From a virus, in the IMG/VR virus record IMGVR_UViG_3300034152_001291, positions 32,001 to 96,000 of that record: DNA of 64,000 nucleotides. One strand, written 5' to 3'. This document shows, piece by piece, positions 29,001 to 37,504 of the stretch (its first letter is position 1; each line of letters begins with the position of its first letter). Below the pieces are notes generated by a model that worked only from the letters and a program-made list of their open reading frames with translations, was not told where the DNA came from and ran no database searches. The position numbers and the translations under genes were made by a program.

Positions 29001-29270
29001 CAACCCTCGGGGATAATGCGGACCGTTCTCGATATCGCTCCCTACATCGGTCTCCCGATGGCGGCTTCCATGCTCGGGCTGGAGGGAATCGTTCCCCAGC
29101 TCGGAGCCTTCGCGCTCGCTCCCTACGCCGGAGGCCGGCTCCAGTCCATGATGGGGTACGACCCGGCGATGGCGGAGCAGGTCAGGCAGCAGTATGCTCA
29201 ACAGCTCCTTCAGGGATTTCAGCAGGGGATGGGAAGGCAACGGACACTTCCCCCTCCTTCCATGAGTTAG
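26067..29270 (+). CDS. large (1067 aa) low-complexity putative internal/ejection protein
   Basis: LKKTAS and VKKAQ near the N-terminus; charged Pro/Ala-rich body; C-terminal hydrophobic hairpin IAPYIGLPMAASMLG...LGAFALAPYAGG. Confidence 0.65.
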   Translation: MGYYQGPQMYVLPREELNRLYDRVGVKGNPPSKAAPDVEDLKKTASDRFASSFAARQMGMLVKKAQTPGRIGPLSRRGLPKMTPESREAARKRLAERERPPRGTLPGGRTQGTNPFSEWPSPGPEPGSEPGGRTTPQLAQREAARKRRATRIGREKIEEARAKVSRPSVAKEPPLELPRAALKGVGRGVRALGKGVGTLGAAAGKGAARYAKGVAGKGLPAMVAGAAPIALAPFRAASSGLAAVSPGYKEHIYKTVQKEKAGLHPGVSGVFQRRSAEGLPEKMKPEPETIPKKPPTTMEFGGKKVTYERTPEGELRPAKPLPEPGRLGRVFQKVPGMRPLARPEQAEAYPERQTRALRAEKAVKAPFAAIRRVVGRGPERAAWGELTKAFEALPEKEKGKVLGLPEKEQLEYIRKKISKKPEEQLLKGRMGKTPEVQQRILEAVEEQRRREQIPLPERARGIAERKEIVFPEVKGKKTFERPATEEEVRRYLETRKLPEGAEYRGKLKEIKDIEKAVATGQPPEWIRSRKGKVTITPPGTPAEEAAKQRLQGVQKTRAEERRRARMTAGYPEEREGLEGLRPGKEKAPPVEKPEAKKPAGEPKPPPPSGAPKEAPAGERPTTTEGLRRWANQGTLHQIPKAEIQAIVAKEGLTNPEGITQSLLAQSNRMREAGAAQRGRPQAAQAAPSAEEMAQLGRRAAETSRPGDALDPAAYMLNRAAEIREMTPKEMQPLIDLARKMRNTPPRKQGEVLSEFLSKAPEDKRGFYRSLLEEYGTASQTSGRVRVMTEEAARGRLPEVQFRPTGSQAQMNEQVSKYNKWAEEMKREIPDFDPKRAEDVAAARQHFPELFPKGLEEALHVTEPAAPQMRQVVVESAPLSSQITAPQAEARQAATQRLMESGWTPEQAQQMTAFMEGLGAFRSTGVPTTPAQGPPAPGTAPPATGAPAPGQIPVEELGQLIGGGVPPGLQQAFEQAGVRQPSGIMRTVLDIAPYIGLPMAASMLGLEGIVPQLGAFALAPYAGGRLQSMMGYDPAMAEQVRQQYAQQLLQGFQQGMGRQRTLPPPSMS
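26371..26689. repeat. perfect 52-bp inverted repeat (26371-26422 / 26638-26689) enclosing 215 bp
   Basis: gcggcacccttcccggcggccgcacccaaggtaccaaccccttttccgagtg and its exact reverse complement. Confidence 0.95.
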
Positions 29271-29277
29271 AGGGAAA

Positions 29278-31890
29278 ATGATCACCGACGAAGGTCTTCT
29301 GATCACGCCTCTGGGGATGGACGTTCCCGAGTGGGGCCCGACGGCCATCCCGCTCCACCCCCGCGCCATGGAGAAGATCGCGTCGGGCATCTACATCCCG
29401 GATCGTCTCCTGGAGTTCATGGACCAGGTTCGGCCGAGGGATGACGGCCGCTACGTTCTTTTGCACGCGATCGGGGCGGGAGAGTATTGGGGATGTTTTC
29501 TGCCGGGCTCCCCTGTATTGACGGAAAGCGGTAGGTACCTTCCCATCGAAAAGATCTCTAAGGGGATGCGGGTGATGGGCCGCAGCGGCCTTTTCAGGGA
29601 AGTCCTCACTACATGGGAATACCGTCATCACCGTAGCGGTGTCCGGATCTCGGTGGAAGGTCTTGTCGATGATATAGGAACAACCCCAAACCACGAATTT
29701 CTCTCCCTCTCACATGAGGAGATTCTGTGCGCAAGAGATCGGACTGCGAGGTGTATTCCGGAGACGCAGGGCGCTCAAGGTATCTGCAAACGCCCCCAGT
29801 CGGTCGCTTGCGCCAAGAAGCCCAGGATCCTGACCGGGAAGTGGAGGCGTGCCGATAGCCTTGCCTTGAAGGATTTTCTGCTGTGCTCCATTCCGAAGCA
29901 CGACGCGCCTGCAATCTTCACCGAGGCGGAGGCTCGAGTAGTCGGTCTCTGGGTTGCTGACGGCAATTTCGTGTCGAATGGTGGTAGTGTCGACCTGGAG
30001 TTCTCAGTCTCCGATTCCGAGGCCTATCTGATCGACGACCTTCGGGCTCTCGGGTCTCCCCAGGTTTATAGAGGGCATGGGGCTTGTAAGTCTGTCCGGT
30101 TGAGGAACCACGAATTAGTGTCCAGAATCTATCGGCTGTTCGGCGAGTATTCTCATGGTAAACGGATTCCCGGAGACTTCGCCCGTCAGCCGGAGAACGT
30201 CATACTGGCTTTCCTTTCCGGCTACTTCGACGGCGATGGTTCTCAAAATCTGAAGGATGGCAGCGCCTACGCCCACACTGTCTCGAAGGATCTGGCTCTC
30301 GGAGTTCAGAGGCTTCTTTGGTCCGTCAGGATTCCGTCCACTGTCTGTCCCGCTCCGAAGGCCTATCATGTTCATTTCTCGCTCAGTAGAGGTAGAAGTC
30401 TGGCCGAGAAGTGTCGGAAATTCCGGAGGCACGCTCCGAAAGGACGGCCGCGTTACAGGCAGTTTTTCATCGATGACTACGTTTGTCTTCCGATTCGAAA
30501 GATGGAGAGATTCGAGATCGACGGCCCGGTCTACGATCTCGAAGTGGAAGAAGAGCACACTTATAACGTGGCTCAAGTCGTCTGTCACAACAGCAACAAA
30601 AATTCGGACTACTTCCCCGAGTGGAGTCTGAAGGGCGAGGAGATGCCTCCGGATGTGAAGGAGTACATCCGGGAGCACCGTCTGCCGATTCCGATCGAGT
30701 ACGGGCACAAGACGTTCGAGAGGTACGGGTATCCTTACTTCCATCACAACAACCACGACCCGATCCATTCGATCGGCGAGCGAGTCTGCTGCTCGGCCTA
30801 CAACGACAGGATGCACCGGGTCGAGCTGATCGTTTTCATCCTGAAGAGAAAGGCCCCAGATGTGATTCGAAGGATCGACCGGGGCGAGCCGGTTCCCTGG
30901 TCAATGGGGGCCAAGTTGCCTTTCGACGTGTGCGTGGTTTGCCGCCACCCGGCCCGGAAGAGGAGCGACTACTGTGAGCACCTTCGAAGCATGCTGGGGA
31001 GGATTCTTCCTGACGGTCAGAGGGTTTTCTCCCTGAACTACTTCCCCAGGTTCTTCGACATCAGCGTGGTGAGCGTTCCGGCGGACCGCAGTGCCTACTC
31101 CTTGAAGAAGGTCGCCTCCTATCTCCAGGAAGGGAAGGCCAGGGTGGTCTGGACCCCGGGCATGGACCACGCGTCGGTAGAGCCGGTCCCCGTGGGAGGT
31201 TCAGAAGAGATGGAAAAGTTCGCCGGCATGCTCGACTACCTGGCGAGCGGAGGGGAGAAGTCCGCGGACATCGAGAAAGAGGTTCCGGCCCAGGAGCCCG
31301 CCAAGGACCTCGGAGAGAGTCCGATCCACCCTGATCTCTGGAAGGTCCTCTACGACATGGCGGCCAAGGATCGCGCCGGGACCCCCGAGATGGAGGGCGG
31401 TCTCCTCTCCAGCCTGAGGAGCGAACCCCTGAGAAAGGCCCTGACCGCCCTCACCTCCCTGGGGATCATGTTGAAGCCCAGGGAGGCTGACAGCCTGATC
31501 GGGGATCAGGAAATGCCAGACGGACTTGACGAAGAGGAACCTTCCTCTAAACTGTTAGATGAGTTGACGGGGCTGGTTCCGGAGCGATCCATGGTCGAGC
31601 CTCATTTCTCGATCAGGATCATCCGGATTCGACGTCCGGATTCGTCCCCTTCGGACATCGTCAAGGAAGGGGGCGCCTACGACAGGTACCTGAAGTGGCT
31701 GAGATCGATCGACCTCGAGAAGTTCGCGGAACTGGCGGAGCGTCCCGAGGTCGAGGCCGCGATGGCCGGGAAGGCGCTGAAAGAGAAAAGCCTGAACTTC
31801 CTGGACAAGACGGCCGGAAGGGACTTCGGTCCTTTCCTTCCTTTCGTCGCAGCCATGATGGTCGAGTCGGATCTCCGACCAACCCCGTAG
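29278..31890 (+). CDS. prohead (capsid maturation) protease, intein-containing
   Basis: After intein removal: NKNSDYF...HHNNHDP...PWSMGAK (catalytic Ser motif of phage SH-clan proteases) and CVVC...CEH; upstream of scaffold and capsid genes. Confidence 0.75.
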   Translation: MITDEGLLITPLGMDVPEWGPTAIPLHPRAMEKIASGIYIPDRLLEFMDQVRPRDDGRYVLLHAIGAGEYWGCFLPGSPVLTESGRYLPIEKISKGMRVMGRSGLFREVLTTWEYRHHRSGVRISVEGLVDDIGTTPNHEFLSLSHEEILCARDRTARCIPETQGAQGICKRPQSVACAKKPRILTGKWRRADSLALKDFLLCSIPKHDAPAIFTEAEARVVGLWVADGNFVSNGGSVDLEFSVSDSEAYLIDDLRALGSPQVYRGHGACKSVRLRNHELVSRIYRLFGEYSHGKRIPGDFARQPENVILAFLSGYFDGDGSQNLKDGSAYAHTVSKDLALGVQRLLWSVRIPSTVCPAPKAYHVHFSLSRGRSLAEKCRKFRRHAPKGRPRYRQFFIDDYVCLPIRKMERFEIDGPVYDLEVEEEHTYNVAQVVCHNSNKNSDYFPEWSLKGEEMPPDVKEYIREHRLPIPIEYGHKTFERYGYPYFHHNNHDPIHSIGERVCCSAYNDRMHRVELIVFILKRKAPDVIRRIDRGEPVPWSMGAKLPFDVCVVCRHPARKRSDYCEHLRSMLGRILPDGQRVFSLNYFPRFFDISVVSVPADRSAYSLKKVASYLQEGKARVVWTPGMDHASVEPVPVGGSEEMEKFAGMLDYLASGGEKSADIEKEVPAQEPAKDLGESPIHPDLWKVLYDMAAKDRAGTPEMEGGLLSSLRSEPLRKALTALTSLGIMLKPREADSLIGDQEMPDGLDEEEPSSKLLDELTGLVPERSMVEPHFSIRIIRIRRPDSSPSDIVKEGGAYDRYLKWLRSIDLEKFAELAERPEVEAAMAGKALKEKSLNFLDKTAGRDFGPFLPFVAAMMVESDLRPTP
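29494..30591 (+). mobile_element. intein (366 aa) with LAGLIDADG endonuclease in the protease
   Basis: CFLPGSPV...TTPNH...VGLWVADG...LSGYFDGDG...VYDLEV...VCHN followed by Ser. Confidence 0.93.
31526..31553 (+). promoter_or_regulatory. candidate internal promoter TTGACG-N16-TAAACT
   Basis: Inside the protease gene with locally atypical AT-rich codons (TCT AAA CTG TTA); spacer contains the dyad GAGGAA-cc-TTCCTC; upstream of the head gene block. Confidence 0.5.
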
Positions 31891-31930
31891 AACGGAGGTG
31901 AGAAGGTCTCAACCTTCACAAGGAGGACCC

Positions 31931-32338
31931 ATGAAACTGGACTTCGAAAAGCTGATGACCGAGATCAGGACCAAAGGCCTCGACAAGAAGGCCGAGGCCC
32001 AGGGAGGTCTCGCCGGGGAAGACGAAGCGATGCAGAAGATCGCCGAGGACCTGGTCCATTCCGGCAAAATCTTCGGCCGCGCCCTGGTCGACGGTCTCCT
32101 CGAGAAGGCCGCGGAAGCCCCCGTCGGCGCGACGGGAGCGGCGTCCTCGTCCGAAGGCGACCCGGGGAACGACGACAGCCTCTGGAAGAAGATCTCCGAC
32201 AAGGTGATGAACTTCCAGGGCCACGAGTCGGCGGGCTCCGCTCCTTCGGTGCCAGGCACCAATCCCAACGTGGTCGCCGAGAGCACCCAGCCGGCCCAGG
32301 AGAAGAAACCGAATCCGCCGGAACCCACCGGGGGGTAG
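31931..32338 (+). CDS. putative scaffold/head protein (K-x-A motifs)
   Basis: AGGAGG RBS; LDKKAE, MQKIAE, LEKAAE. Confidence 0.7.
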   Translation: MKLDFEKLMTEIRTKGLDKKAEAQGGLAGEDEAMQKIAEDLVHSGKIFGRALVDGLLEKAAEAPVGATGAASSSEGDPGNDDSLWKKISDKVMNFQGHESAGSAPSVPGTNPNVVAESTQPAQEKKPNPPEPTGG

Positions 32339-32372
32339 GTTCTCTTCCCCGCGAACCGGGAGGACTGGCTGC

Positions 32373-32585
32373 ATGATCGACATGAAGAAATTGGCGGAAG
32401 CGTTCAAGTCCGGGTCTCGTTTTCTGGACGACGACGAGACCGTCCTTCTCGGCTCCGCCGTCGAGACGATCGCCCTCGAGAAGAAGGCAGGAAGACTGGA
32501 GGGGTTCGAATCGATCGATGAGAAGGGGATCGTGCTGCTGGGAGCGGCAGTCATGGACGACGTTCTGAGGAGTGTCTCAACATGA
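32373..32585 (+). CDS. small head-associated protein
   Basis: GGAGG RBS; MKKLAE, LEKKAG. Confidence 0.65.
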   Translation: MIDMKKLAEAFKSGSRFLDDDETVLLGSAVETIALEKKAGRLEGFESIDEKGIVLLGAAVMDDVLRSVST

Positions 32586-32992
32586 GCCTCAAAGACATCT
32601 ACAACGACATGATCACCAAGGAGGCCGAGTACAAGATGGACCACGTGCGCGAGTTGTACGGCGAGGACCAGGAGCGGATCCAGGTCTTCGACCGGGCCCT
32701 CGACCTCCTGAAGGAAGCGGAGGAAAAGGGAACCATCCGCTCCCTTTCGCCCTCCGAGAAGATCTCGCTGGCCTTCGAGGTCACCGAGGAGGAGATGGCG
32801 GAAAAGGACGCCGAGGCCTGGCGTCAGATCGGGGAGACGGTCTCCGAGCTGCTTCGGGACGAGTTCGACATCACCAAGGAGGACATCGAGAAGATGTCCG
32901 ACGAGGAGGCCGAGGAGTTCGGCGTGTTCTGCGCCCGCCTCTACGCCACCGCGGTGACGGGGGACAACTACATCGGCGACTACGCGAAGTAG
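32582..32992 (+). CDS. acidic putative scaffold/core protein
   Basis: ATGA overlap; ITKEAE, LLKEAE, AEKDAE. Confidence 0.7.
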   Translation: MSLKDIYNDMITKEAEYKMDHVRELYGEDQERIQVFDRALDLLKEAEEKGTIRSLSPSEKISLAFEVTEEEMAEKDAEAWRQIGETVSELLRDEFDITKEDIEKMSDEEAEEFGVFCARLYATAVTGDNYIGDYAK

Positions 32993-33017
32993 GAACGCCG
33001 TTTCGAGGAGACCCTCG

Positions 33018-33284
33018 ATGGATCAGGTCGAGCTGCACAAGATGATCGAAGACGCGAAAAAGCAGGCCGAGGAAGTCGGACTTCCGAAGCCGAGGCAGGA
33101 CCAGGCGCCCGAGGAGGAGATCACCTCAGAGGCCTCTGCCCTGGCCGACCTGATCGACCAGACCGCACAGGACGCGGAGATGGCCGACGAACTCAAGAAG
33201 CAGGCTCAGGAGGATCGTGCCCGCAACCTTTGCGTGGCGAAACTTCTGACCGCCTTCGACGTTCTTTCGGAGGTGGGTCGATGA
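33018..33284 (+). CDS. small acidic head-associated protein
   Basis: GAGGAG RBS; AKKQAE, LKKQAQ. Confidence 0.7.
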   Translation: MDQVELHKMIEDAKKQAEEVGLPKPRQDQAPEEEITSEASALADLIDQTAQDAEMADELKKQAQEDRARNLCVAKLLTAFDVLSEVGR

Positions 33285-33655
33285 GCAACGAGAAAGAAAT
33301 CGTTTCTCGGATCGGGAATCTCATCCGACGCCAGGAGAACATGATCAAGGAAGCGGGGTTTCGCGAAACGGACCTCAGGACCAAGGTCGCCTCCTTGACG
33401 GGAGAGAATCAGATCCTCCGGGACGTTCTGGGTCTCGTCGCCGACGGGATGATCGATCCGAGGGATGCCGCCGAGAAGGCAGCCGAGTTCATCGAAGAAC
33501 CGGACCAACTGCAAGCGCTCAAGGCGGCGGTCGCCATGGGATTCAACCAACTGCCGGCTGTGGGAGTCCCCACCGGCGAGGAACCGAGACTGGACGAGGA
33601 CGATCCCATCGGGAGAGTCCTCTCCGACCACGAAAGCCAGCTGCGGGGACTCTGA
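33281..33655 (+). CDS. putative scaffolding protein
   Basis: GGAGG RBS before ATG 33281; coiled coil; MIKEAG, RTKVAS, AEKAAE. Confidence 0.65.
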   Translation: MSNEKEIVSRIGNLIRRQENMIKEAGFRETDLRTKVASLTGENQILRDVLGLVADGMIDPRDAAEKAAEFIEEPDQLQALKAAVAMGFNQLPAVGVPTGEEPRLDEDDPIGRVLSDHESQLRGL

Positions 33656-33684
33656 AACAGCGGCCCTTGTGATGGGAGGAAATC

Positions 33685-34197
33685 ATGCCTCAGTCCGACT
33701 ACGACGCGCGGAAGACCACGTCGATCGTTCGTCTGAACTCGAAGCTGTCCGCGGCCAACCTGGAGCACCTGGAGGACGGCGGGGTCGACATCGACGAGGG
33801 GATCTTCATCGCCGAGGACACCAACGGGAAAGCGAAGATCGCCGTGTCCACGGACCAGGCGGTCTTCATGAACTTCCTGGACACCGACAACCAGACGGTC
33901 CGGGACGTCCAGAAGGACCACTTCGACGACACCGCCCCGGAGCTCCCGGCCCAGGGCGGCGGTCTCACGGGCATCATCGGGAGCGACATACCCATCGGCC
34001 TCCACAAGAGCCGCTGGGACGTCCAGGGAACCCCCGTGCGGGGCGACCTGGTCATCGTGGGCACCGGGGGAAAACCGAAGAACCAGCCCTACGCGAGCAT
34101 CGGCGCGAACACCCCGTACTTCGGGGTGGTTCACAGGATCCGGGGGGAGTACCTCTGGTTCCTCTTCAGCTCGGCCGGACGCGTGAAGGGGTCGTAG
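33685..34197 (+). CDS. putative capsid decoration/cement protein
   Basis: 170-aa beta-rich protein directly before the capsid gene; strongly biased codons. Confidence 0.55.
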   Translation: MPQSDYDARKTTSIVRLNSKLSAANLEHLEDGGVDIDEGIFIAEDTNGKAKIAVSTDQAVFMNFLDTDNQTVRDVQKDHFDDTAPELPAQGGGLTGIIGSDIPIGLHKSRWDVQGTPVRGDLVIVGTGGKPKNQPYASIGANTPYFGVVHRIRGEYLWFLFSSAGRVKGS

Positions 34198-34285
34198 GGA
34201 CGACCTTTCTCGGAGTGAGGGCTGAGCGTGGTGAGCAAGCCCTATTCTGAGGGCGAACAGGCCCCAATCTGAGAAGGAGAAAGCC

Positions 34286-35464
34286 ATGGACATGACTCCC
34301 GAACGGTTCAACGCCCTCTTCGGCGAGGCCGTGCGCAGGGGCGGAGAGCTCCTGGAGAAGGTCGCCGATGCCGGCGATCTCTACGTGCAGAAGAAGCTGC
34401 GCGAGAACGCGTTCTGCCGGCGCATCGTCCCTCCGAAAACGGTAACGGAGCGCGAGTGTCAGCGCTCCCTGGTCCACGATTCGCTGGAATACGTGGACGA
34501 CATCGAGCCCGATTCCGTCGCCATGCACATCAACTGGCGGGGGGAGCCGGAGAAGTCGTGGATCCGCGGAGACCGCTACGCGATCCGCTTCCACACCATC
34601 TCCTCCGACATCTTCCAGAAGACGGAGTCGGAGCTCCGGGCATACCGCATGCCCATCACCAAGATCATCGAGCAGAACACCATCCGGGACATCCAGGAGC
34701 AGGAGGACGTGGCCTTCATGAGCCATGTCTACGCGGCCCTGTTCCTCGCCACGCGCGCCCGCTACAACAAGCTGGTCGCCCGCGGCGTCCTCTCCACGTC
34801 CAAGAACTTCACCGACGAGCTGGAGCTCGCCAACTTCCTGTTCACGCAGAACAAGGCGTACCAGGGGGTGTGGGCGGCGATCCCGAACAACGCCCTCAAC
34901 CGGGCGAAGGCCTTCCACTCGAACATCCTCTTCTCGGACCAGACCGAGTTCTCCCGCATCGTGCTGCGGGACCTCACCCGTGTCGGGTCCGCGCGGGAGA
35001 TGGACTCGAAGGTCTTCCTGATGCACAAGTACGACCACGACGCGACCATCGCGTGGTCGCTGAACGAGGCGGGTCTCGAGATCACCTCGGAGATCGTCCG
35101 GGACGGGTTCAAGTACACGACGATCGCGGGGTTCACCTACGTGACCACGATCCGCGACAACCCCGACCTCGTCCAGCCCGGGCAGATCTTCTCCTTCCCG
35201 AGCCCGCAGTTCCTGGGGAAGATCCTGATCCTGGACAACACCAAGTTCTACATCAACCGGCGCGGGCGCTTCATCGAGATGGAGGCCTGGGAAGAGATCG
35301 GGGCCGGCTTCGGCAACATCCTGGGCATCGGCTGCATCCTCCTGAAGGGTGCTGAGCTGACCATCCCGGTGCAGTTCCAGGACCCCGACGACTCGCTGAC
35401 GGGCAAGGGGAGTCTCCGGATCATCAACGACAACACCCTCTCGTCCATCCCGTCGCCGGTGTAG
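34286..35464 (+). CDS. major capsid protein
   Basis: 392 aa, extreme codon bias, AAGGAG RBS, position after protease/scaffold, terminator downstream; LREnaFCRRIVP, IQEQED, AWEEIGAGFGN consistent with the HK97 fold. Confidence 0.85.
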   Translation: MDMTPERFNALFGEAVRRGGELLEKVADAGDLYVQKKLRENAFCRRIVPPKTVTERECQRSLVHDSLEYVDDIEPDSVAMHINWRGEPEKSWIRGDRYAIRFHTISSDIFQKTESELRAYRMPITKIIEQNTIRDIQEQEDVAFMSHVYAALFLATRARYNKLVARGVLSTSKNFTDELELANFLFTQNKAYQGVWAAIPNNALNRAKAFHSNILFSDQTEFSRIVLRDLTRVGSAREMDSKVFLMHKYDHDATIAWSLNEAGLEITSEIVRDGFKYTTIAGFTYVTTIRDNPDLVQPGQIFSFPSPQFLGKILILDNTKFYINRRGRFIEMEAWEEIGAGFGNILGIGCILLKGAELTIPVQFQDPDDSLTGKGSLRIINDNTLSSIPSPV

Positions 35465-35491
35465 TAGCCGCATGACGGCCGGAAAAACAGG

Positions 35492-35532
35492 AGCAGGCCC
35501 GCCCGCCGCCCGGCGGCGGGCCTGCTTTTGTT
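35492..35532 (+). terminator. intrinsic terminator after the capsid gene
   Basis: AGCAGGCCCGCC...GGCGGGCCTGCT stem followed by TTTGTT. Confidence 0.75.
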
Positions 35533-35567
35533 AGAATCGAGGTGGAGCAGGAGAAAGGTAGGAGATC

Positions 35568-36122
35568 ATGGAACAGGTACAGGTCTACTCGATGGAAGGG
35601 AAGAAGATCGATCTGACCACCCTGGAGCTGTATCCCGGGAAGGTCACCGAGACCCAGAAGGACCAGCTCAACGAGAACGTCATGGCCGACCACGGGAAAT
35701 CCCTGGTGGTGGCGGACATGGACGGGCGGGTGGTGCACCTCGGCAGCGCGGTCAGCGCGAAGTTCGTGGTCGAGCGCCTGGGCTGGCACGTGGAAGGCTA
35801 CGTCGCCGAAAAGGCCAGGCCGTCCAAGACCGACGAGGCCAAGAAGGCCATGCCCGAGGTGGTGAGCAGAAGCGTGGAGGCCGAGAAGGAAGACAAGACG
35901 GAGATGACCTCGACCGACGGCAACCGCGTGGAGAAGATCACGCCGGTCAAGGCCCGGGAGATGGCGGCGGCCACGGTCAGCGCAGCCGTCGAAACCGACG
36001 CGCCCAAGAAGGAGACCGACGAGGTTTCCGAAAAGGTCGAGGAGGAGGTCGAGGAGAAGGCCGAGGAGGTCCCCGAGGACAAGTCCAAGACCAAGAAGAC
36101 GAAGAAGAACAAGAAGTCCTGA
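35568..36122 (+). CDS. hypothetical protein with acidic/Lys-rich tail
   Basis: AGGAG RBS, 184 aa. Confidence 0.7.
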   Translation: MEQVQVYSMEGKKIDLTTLELYPGKVTETQKDQLNENVMADHGKSLVVADMDGRVVHLGSAVSAKFVVERLGWHVEGYVAEKARPSKTDEAKKAMPEVVSRSVEAEKEDKTEMTSTDGNRVEKITPVKAREMAAATVSAAVETDAPKKETDEVSEKVEEEVEEKAEEVPEDKSKTKKTKKNKKS

Positions 36123-36132
36123 GGACAGCCCG

Positions 36133-36624
36133 ATGGAGATTCGGGTACCCAAGCCGCTCGTCAGGGAGATGAGGGCCATGACCCGGGATTATCCCGAGGT
36201 CAACTACATCGAGAAGAAGGAGGAGTCCCGGGATACGCAGCTCGCCAGGATTCTCTTCGAGGCCCTGGAAGAGCTGAACCTGGTTCCTCCCGTCTTCGAC
36301 GATCTCTGGACTTTCGAGGCCCTGCCGGTCAAGGCGGTCCGACCGCTCTTGGATTTGGCGAGGCTTCGGCTTCTCAACGAGCTCTGTCAATGGATGGTCC
36401 GGAACGACTTCCGGTGGCAGGCTGGGGATGTTCAGGTGAACCTGTACGATCGGTGGAGGAGTTACCTCCAACTGTCCGCGCAGCTGGCGCCCCAGGCCCA
36501 GGCCATGGCCGCCAACATGAAGACGGCCGAAAACATGGGGAGGGCCTGGGGCGAGAACCTGACGGAGATGTACGACGCCTGGCGCGGGCTCCAGAACGCC
36601 GACTGGCTCGTCGTGAACGTGTGA
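36133..36624 (+). CDS. putative head-tail adaptor
   Basis: Helical 163-aa protein after the capsid gene with a short beta hairpin (FRWQAGDVQVN) typical of adaptors. Confidence 0.5.
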   Translation: MEIRVPKPLVREMRAMTRDYPEVNYIEKKEESRDTQLARILFEALEELNLVPPVFDDLWTFEALPVKAVRPLLDLARLRLLNELCQWMVRNDFRWQAGDVQVNLYDRWRSYLQLSAQLAPQAQAMAANMKTAENMGRAWGENLTEMYDAWRGLQNADWLVVNV

Positions 36625-36634
36625 GGACGATCCC

Positions 36635-36964
36635 ATGCAATACGAGGTCAACGGAAGAGACGATGTCGAGGCGGCCGGAACCGACGCCAACGACGTTCAC
36701 GTCACGGGGATCGGGTCCACCCATGCCAAAATCCGGAATCGGGACACGACCCAACACGTCATCTTCTCCCTGGGTCTCGCACCGACCTTTCCGGCAAGCT
36801 GGTCGAGGGTCGAACCGGAGAAGGAAGTTGAAGTCTTTCTGAACGGCGCGACCCAGATAAACCTTCGGAAGAAGGTGTACTACAGGAACATCGGCTGGAA
36901 TCCGGACGAGACGACGAGGCTGAATGACGTGCCCGTCACCATCGAGGTGGAAGAGAAGGACTGA
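36635..36964 (+). CDS. virion protein, tandem paralog A
   Basis: MQYE..GRDDVEAAGTDA...NLRKKVYYRNIxWNPDETTR shared with the next ORF. Confidence 0.75.
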   Translation: MQYEVNGRDDVEAAGTDANDVHVTGIGSTHAKIRNRDTTQHVIFSLGLAPTFPASWSRVEPEKEVEVFLNGATQINLRKKVYYRNIGWNPDETTRLNDVPVTIEVEEKD

Positions 36965-36969
36965 TCGTC

Positions 36970-37329
36970 ATGCAGTACGAACTCCACGGAAGAGACGACG
37001 TCGAGGCGGCTGGAACCGATGCCGATGACCTCCAAATCACGGGGATTGCAACGGATTACGTGCGAATTACAAACATGGACGGAACTCAGCACGTGATCTA
37101 TTCGCTCGGACCCTACGACGTCGGTCCTCCCATCACTCCGAAATTTCCTGACGACTGGACTCGAGTGGAGCCCGGCGCCAACATCAAGGTCCCCATGGGA
37201 GCCGAGACCCAGCTGAATCTTCGGAAGAAAGTGTATTACCGAAACATCGATTGGAATCCGGACGAGACGACGCGAGTGCTCGATGTGCCCGTCACCGTCG
37301 AGGTGGAGCAGGTCAACGACCCCGCGTGA
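36970..37329 (+). CDS. virion protein, tandem paralog B
   Basis: Near-identical N- and C-terminal blocks with the previous ORF. Confidence 0.75.
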   Translation: MQYELHGRDDVEAAGTDADDLQITGIATDYVRITNMDGTQHVIYSLGPYDVGPPITPKFPDDWTRVEPGANIKVPMGAETQLNLRKKVYYRNIDWNPDETTRVLDVPVTVEVEQVNDPA

Positions 37330-37369
37330 GAGTTCTTCTTCTGCTCTTTCGTAAAAGTTCCGGGTCTAC

Positions 37370-37504
37370 TCGGTCAGAAGGATGCGAGGAGGATCGAGCC
37401 CTGCGGGACATACTGCTCCTCGGCGTGTGGCGCTGTAAGCGTGAGTGCAGTCGCCCAGGCCGGTAGCGAGTGAGAGCCGGAAACCCCTCACGCGCGGTGA
37501 CCGA
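37370..37504 (+). ncRNA. candidate structured RNA / 5' leader
   Basis: Nested stems TCGGTCA/TGACCGA, CGAGGAG/CTCCTCG, GCGTGAG/CTCACGC in an unusually long intergenic gap. Confidence 0.4.

Noticed and set aside
37405-37445. CTCCTCG resembling the L3 loop of an HDV-like ribozyme
   Set aside because: Could not build P1, P1.1 or P2; CTCCTCG pairs better with the upstream CGAGGAG
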